From Camelus dromedarius (taxonomy: Eukaryota): a stretch of 64,000 nt of DNA. How positions within the stretch are numbered: the stretch's first letter is position 1; each line of letters opens with the position of its first letter. The notes beneath the pieces were generated by a model. That model saw nothing but the letters and a program-made list of their open reading frames with translations. It had not been told where the DNA came from and ran no database searches. Made by a program: the position numbers and the translations under genes. The stretch covers positions 36,952,001 to 37,016,000 of the forward strand of contig NC_087444.1 of the NCBI RefSeq assembly GCF_036321535.1, read 5' to 3'. This document shows positions 61,301-64,000 of the stretch, piece after piece.

Positions 61301-61548
61301 GAAGTGAAGACTCCATGAAGCTTAGGATCCAAGATGAACTAGAAGCCAGTGCTCTTAACCCCTCTGACCTACTGTGTTATCAGCTGGAGAAGGTTCCACA
61401 GGCCCCCAGCTCTAACAGCCCCCAATGCCCTGTCTTTTTCCCTCAGATACTCACATATATTCTGAGCTTCCTGCCTCTGTCAGATCAGAAAGAGGCCTCC
61501 CTCGTGAGTCAGGCTTGGTACTGTGCAGCCCAGAATGCCTTTCGGGAG
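58328..61548 (+). CDS. LRRC29: F-box/LRR protein LRRC29 (FBXL9), first two coding exons encoding the F-box; the rest lies beyond the window
   Basis: Exon 58328-58351 (MAESLPLE|gtgaga) joins in phase 0 to exon 61447-61548 (ILTYILSFLPLSDQKEASLVSQAWYCAAQNAFRE|gtaagg), giving an F-box pattern LPxEILxxIxSxLxxxDxxxxxxVxxxW. Position head-to-head with TMEM208 fits synteny. Confidence 0.85.
59630..60790 (-). mobile_element. L2 LINE fragments with a nested MIR (about 60230-60360) and a TA-rich tract
   Basis: Antisense L2 tail (cattaattcgatccagtaagtattggctgagtacc) followed by a purine-rich L2 body; MIR core ttttacaggtgtgcaaactgatgttcaaagtggtc. Confidence 0.55.
61020..61200 (-). mobile_element. MIR SINE
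   Basis: ttgccattttacagacaaggaaaacaaggctcagagaggtcag...aggatttgaactagg. Confidence 0.75.
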
Positions 61549-61609
61549 GTAAGGCACCCACCCTCACTTGGCCCATTCTCAGTTGTCTCACTTCAGCTTG
61601 CTCATGACC

Positions 61610-62230
61610 CTGCTCATACATCATCCATCCATTCATCCCTGTGTATATATTCATATATACTTGGCTCTGGGTACAGTTCTGGGACTCTACAGATGAATAA
61701 AACATATCCTTTCCTCTAAGGAGCTCATAGTCCAGTGCAGGAGAAAGATAAATATGTGAGTGATCATACATCGTGTGCTCAATGCTCACACTGGAATGAA
61801 GGGTGCAGTGGGGACATTTGGAAGAAGAACATCGGAAGGAGACTGGCAGCACCAGGGAAGGCTTCCTGAAGGCACAGGATGAGGAAAAAGGTTGGTCTTC
61901 CAGGACTAATAACAGCACAGGTGAAGGCACTAAGGTGTAAAATAGTTCTGGAAACAACCAGCCAAGTTCCCTATGACTAGAACTTAGATGTGCGTGGATG
62001 AAGTGCCAGGAGAAAGAGGTCAGATAGCAAGTTGGCAGATGTGCCCCGCCAGCAGCATTGCTGGGGCTTTCTCCTGATTCCCATCATGGGGCCTTTAAAG
62101 GAATGTTACCATGGAGAGTGCCATGGGGTCACTTGTGTCTTAGAACTCTATCTTCAGTGCAGCGTGGACTGGAGAGGGCAAGTCGGAGCGTAGGGAGACA
62201 GCCCACTAGGAGGTGAATGACAGCTGAGCT
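61610..62230 (-). mobile_element. L2 LINE 3' fragment
   Basis: tcatccatccattcatcc...ctctgggactctacagatgaataaaacatatcctttcctctaaggagctcatagtccagtg. Confidence 0.7.
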
Positions 62231-62570
62231 GCTCTGAAAGGGGAGCAGTGATGGCTCTTTAATTTTGACTTTGATTATAACTGAGGTTGAACAGTTTTCT
62301 CATTAGCCTACCATTTATATTTCCCTCTTTTGTTTGTGTTCTTTGTCCATTTAACTATTGGGGTCTTAGTATTTTTCTTATCCATTTGTATGAACTTTTT
62401 ATACATTAAAGAGATTAATTTCTTTTACCTATTTATTGAAATACAGTCCCAGTATGTTTGTCTTTTAATTTGATTTGTAGCTATCTGTTTGTTTATGAGA
62501 TTCAGAGGTTAAATTGCTAGATTGTTGATTCTGAACATCCTTTTCTTTCTTATTTCTTCCATTGCTTTTT

Positions 62571-62684
62571 TTTTTTTTTTGGTAGGGGGTAAATAATTAG
62601 ATTTATTTATTTAATGGAGGTGCTGGGGTTGAACCCAGGACATCATGCTAGGCATGTGATCTACCACTGAGCTATCCCCTCTGG
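62571..62684 (-). mobile_element. Camelid-type tRNA-derived SINE (vic-1-like), second copy
   Basis: Same structure as 45938-46060 with a poly(T) tail on plus; TSD TTCTTCCA(T/C)TGCTTTTT at 62554-62570 and 62685-62701. Confidence 0.85.
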
Positions 62685-62738
62685 TTCTTCCACTGCTTTT
62701 TAACTTAGAGATCCCTTGTCTCTTCAGAGATCTGATAT

Positions 62739-62741
62739 GTG

Positions 62742-62777
<36 letters not shown>

Positions 62778-62783
62778 CACACA
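62739..62783. repeat. (TA)n/(CA)n compound microsatellite
   Basis: Directly visible. Confidence 0.85.
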
Positions 62784-63069
62784 CATGCATATTTTCCTTT
62801 TTTAATTAGAATTTATTTCTTTGAGCAGTTTTAGGTTCACAGCAAAATTATTTCTTCTGTTTTTTGGTTTAAATTTTTATATTAATTTTTTATTGGTGAA
62901 ATTTATTTTGATATATGCTCTAAGGTAAAAAGCTAAACTGTTTAGTTTTCAAATAGCCCAAGTGCCATTTATGTATAATCTTCCCTTTCCCTTCTGAGTT
63001 GGAAGTCTCCTCATATATTAAGTGTGTGTATGTGTATAAGTAGGGCCTTTTGTCAAGTTATGTATCCAG

Positions 63070-63990
63070 TGTCATTGAGCTTTGTGTCTAAAGGAATTTG
63101 ATTTGGCTTGTTGAAAATATGAAGTATGAGACATCTAAATGGCGAGTCCAGTTGGTAGTTGGATTTCTGGGAGAGGAATTCAAGAGAAAGGTTTGGGTAA
63201 TAAATATAGATGTGACTGTCATTAAAGAATAGGTGGAAGTTGAAGGCATGGATCTAAGTCACTTCCCCATGGAGGCCATGAAGAGCCGTGAAGAGCTGGC
63301 CACAGAGAATGCCCCAGGGAGGACACCAGTCCAAAGATGTGGAAAGGAGGAGGGGCCTACAGAGGGGGCTGAGGAGATCCTAGAAGGAAGAGAGCACAAA
63401 AGTCAACGGTGAAGAGCATTTCAAGTATTGAGTGGATGTCAACAGTGTCAAATCCCACAAAGAATCCAGAAAATAACAGATAGTGTCCATGGTGTTTGAC
63501 ATCCAGGGAGGTCACCAACAGCTTCAGCAACATTTAGTATCTGGGCAGAAAAAGCCAGCTGGGCTGAGGAGTGAATGAGAAGAAATTCAGTGTAGAGAGG
63601 GACTTCATTTGCAAGAAATTTCCCCATGGAAGAAAGGAAATAAATAGAATGTAATGAGAGGTTGAGGTGGGACTGATAAAAGGATTTTCACTGGGAGAGG
63701 TCTCTACTGTGTTTATGTGCTGAAGGAGTCACTAGACGATGGGTGAATATAGGGAGGAGAGAGGTCAGGAATGGTGGACACCTGAGGTGGCCGCAGAGAC
63801 AAGCTTCAGCGTTCAAAGCTCAGTCTTGGGTAAGATGGAGAGGATGTCACCTCTTAGGAATCAGAGGGGTAGGGTTGGCCATGTGAAGCCATTTGCTGAG
63901 GAAGTTCCTTAAAGGCTAGAGGGCTTTTTGCTTGTTGAATTTTGAGGCCAAATTATCTTAGGGGAGTAAGTAGAGAGGTAGAGGCCAGGG
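63070..63990 (-). mobile_element. L2 LINE fragment
   Basis: Purine-rich decayed antisense L2-like sequence (gagacatctaaatggcgagtccagttggtagttggatttctgg); recognised by eye. Confidence 0.6.
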
Positions 63991-64000
63991 CCTCAGCAGA

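Larger units (their letters stand above)
62230..63060 (-). mobile_element. Old L1M fragment (T-rich, antisense), carrying a SINE insertion and a (TA)n tract
   Basis: taattttgactttgattataactgaggttgaacagttttctc...ctttgtccatttaactattggggtc is typical antisense L1M ORF2/3' sequence. Confidence 0.6.

Overview
Mammalian genomic DNA, a GC-rich and gene-dense block orthologous to human 16q22.1 in reverse orientation. Two tRNA-derived SINEs of camelid type suggest a camel, llama or alpaca genome. I rebuilt the gene models by hand from splice sites and reading-frame continuity, and identified them from my recall of the human proteins. The genes are KCTD19 (+, last 9 coding exons), PLEKHG4 (-, complete, 21 coding exons, 1189 aa), SLC9A5/NHE5 (-, 14 of 16 exons visible), FHOD1 (+, 22 exons, 1168 aa, plus two cassette exons), TMEM208 (-, 6 exons, one partly in a gap) and the first two coding exons of LRRC29/FBXL9 (+). 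There are four CpG-island promoters, two of them in divergent gene pairs, four supportable poly(A) sites, three N gaps that each overlap coding exons, and many old L2/MIR/L1M/CR1/MER repeats. I see no convincing new gene or system. The best leads are regulatory or evolutionary: intact F-box exons of LRRC29/FBXL9 with an overlapping uORF, two consecutive GC-AG introns in SLC9A5, overlapping KCTD19/PLEKHG4 3' ends, a splice-dependent PDZ-type C-terminus and a 22-bp palindrome in PLEKHG4, and FHOD1 cassette exons and 3'UTR motifs. Repeat boundaries and subfamilies are by-eye estimates.
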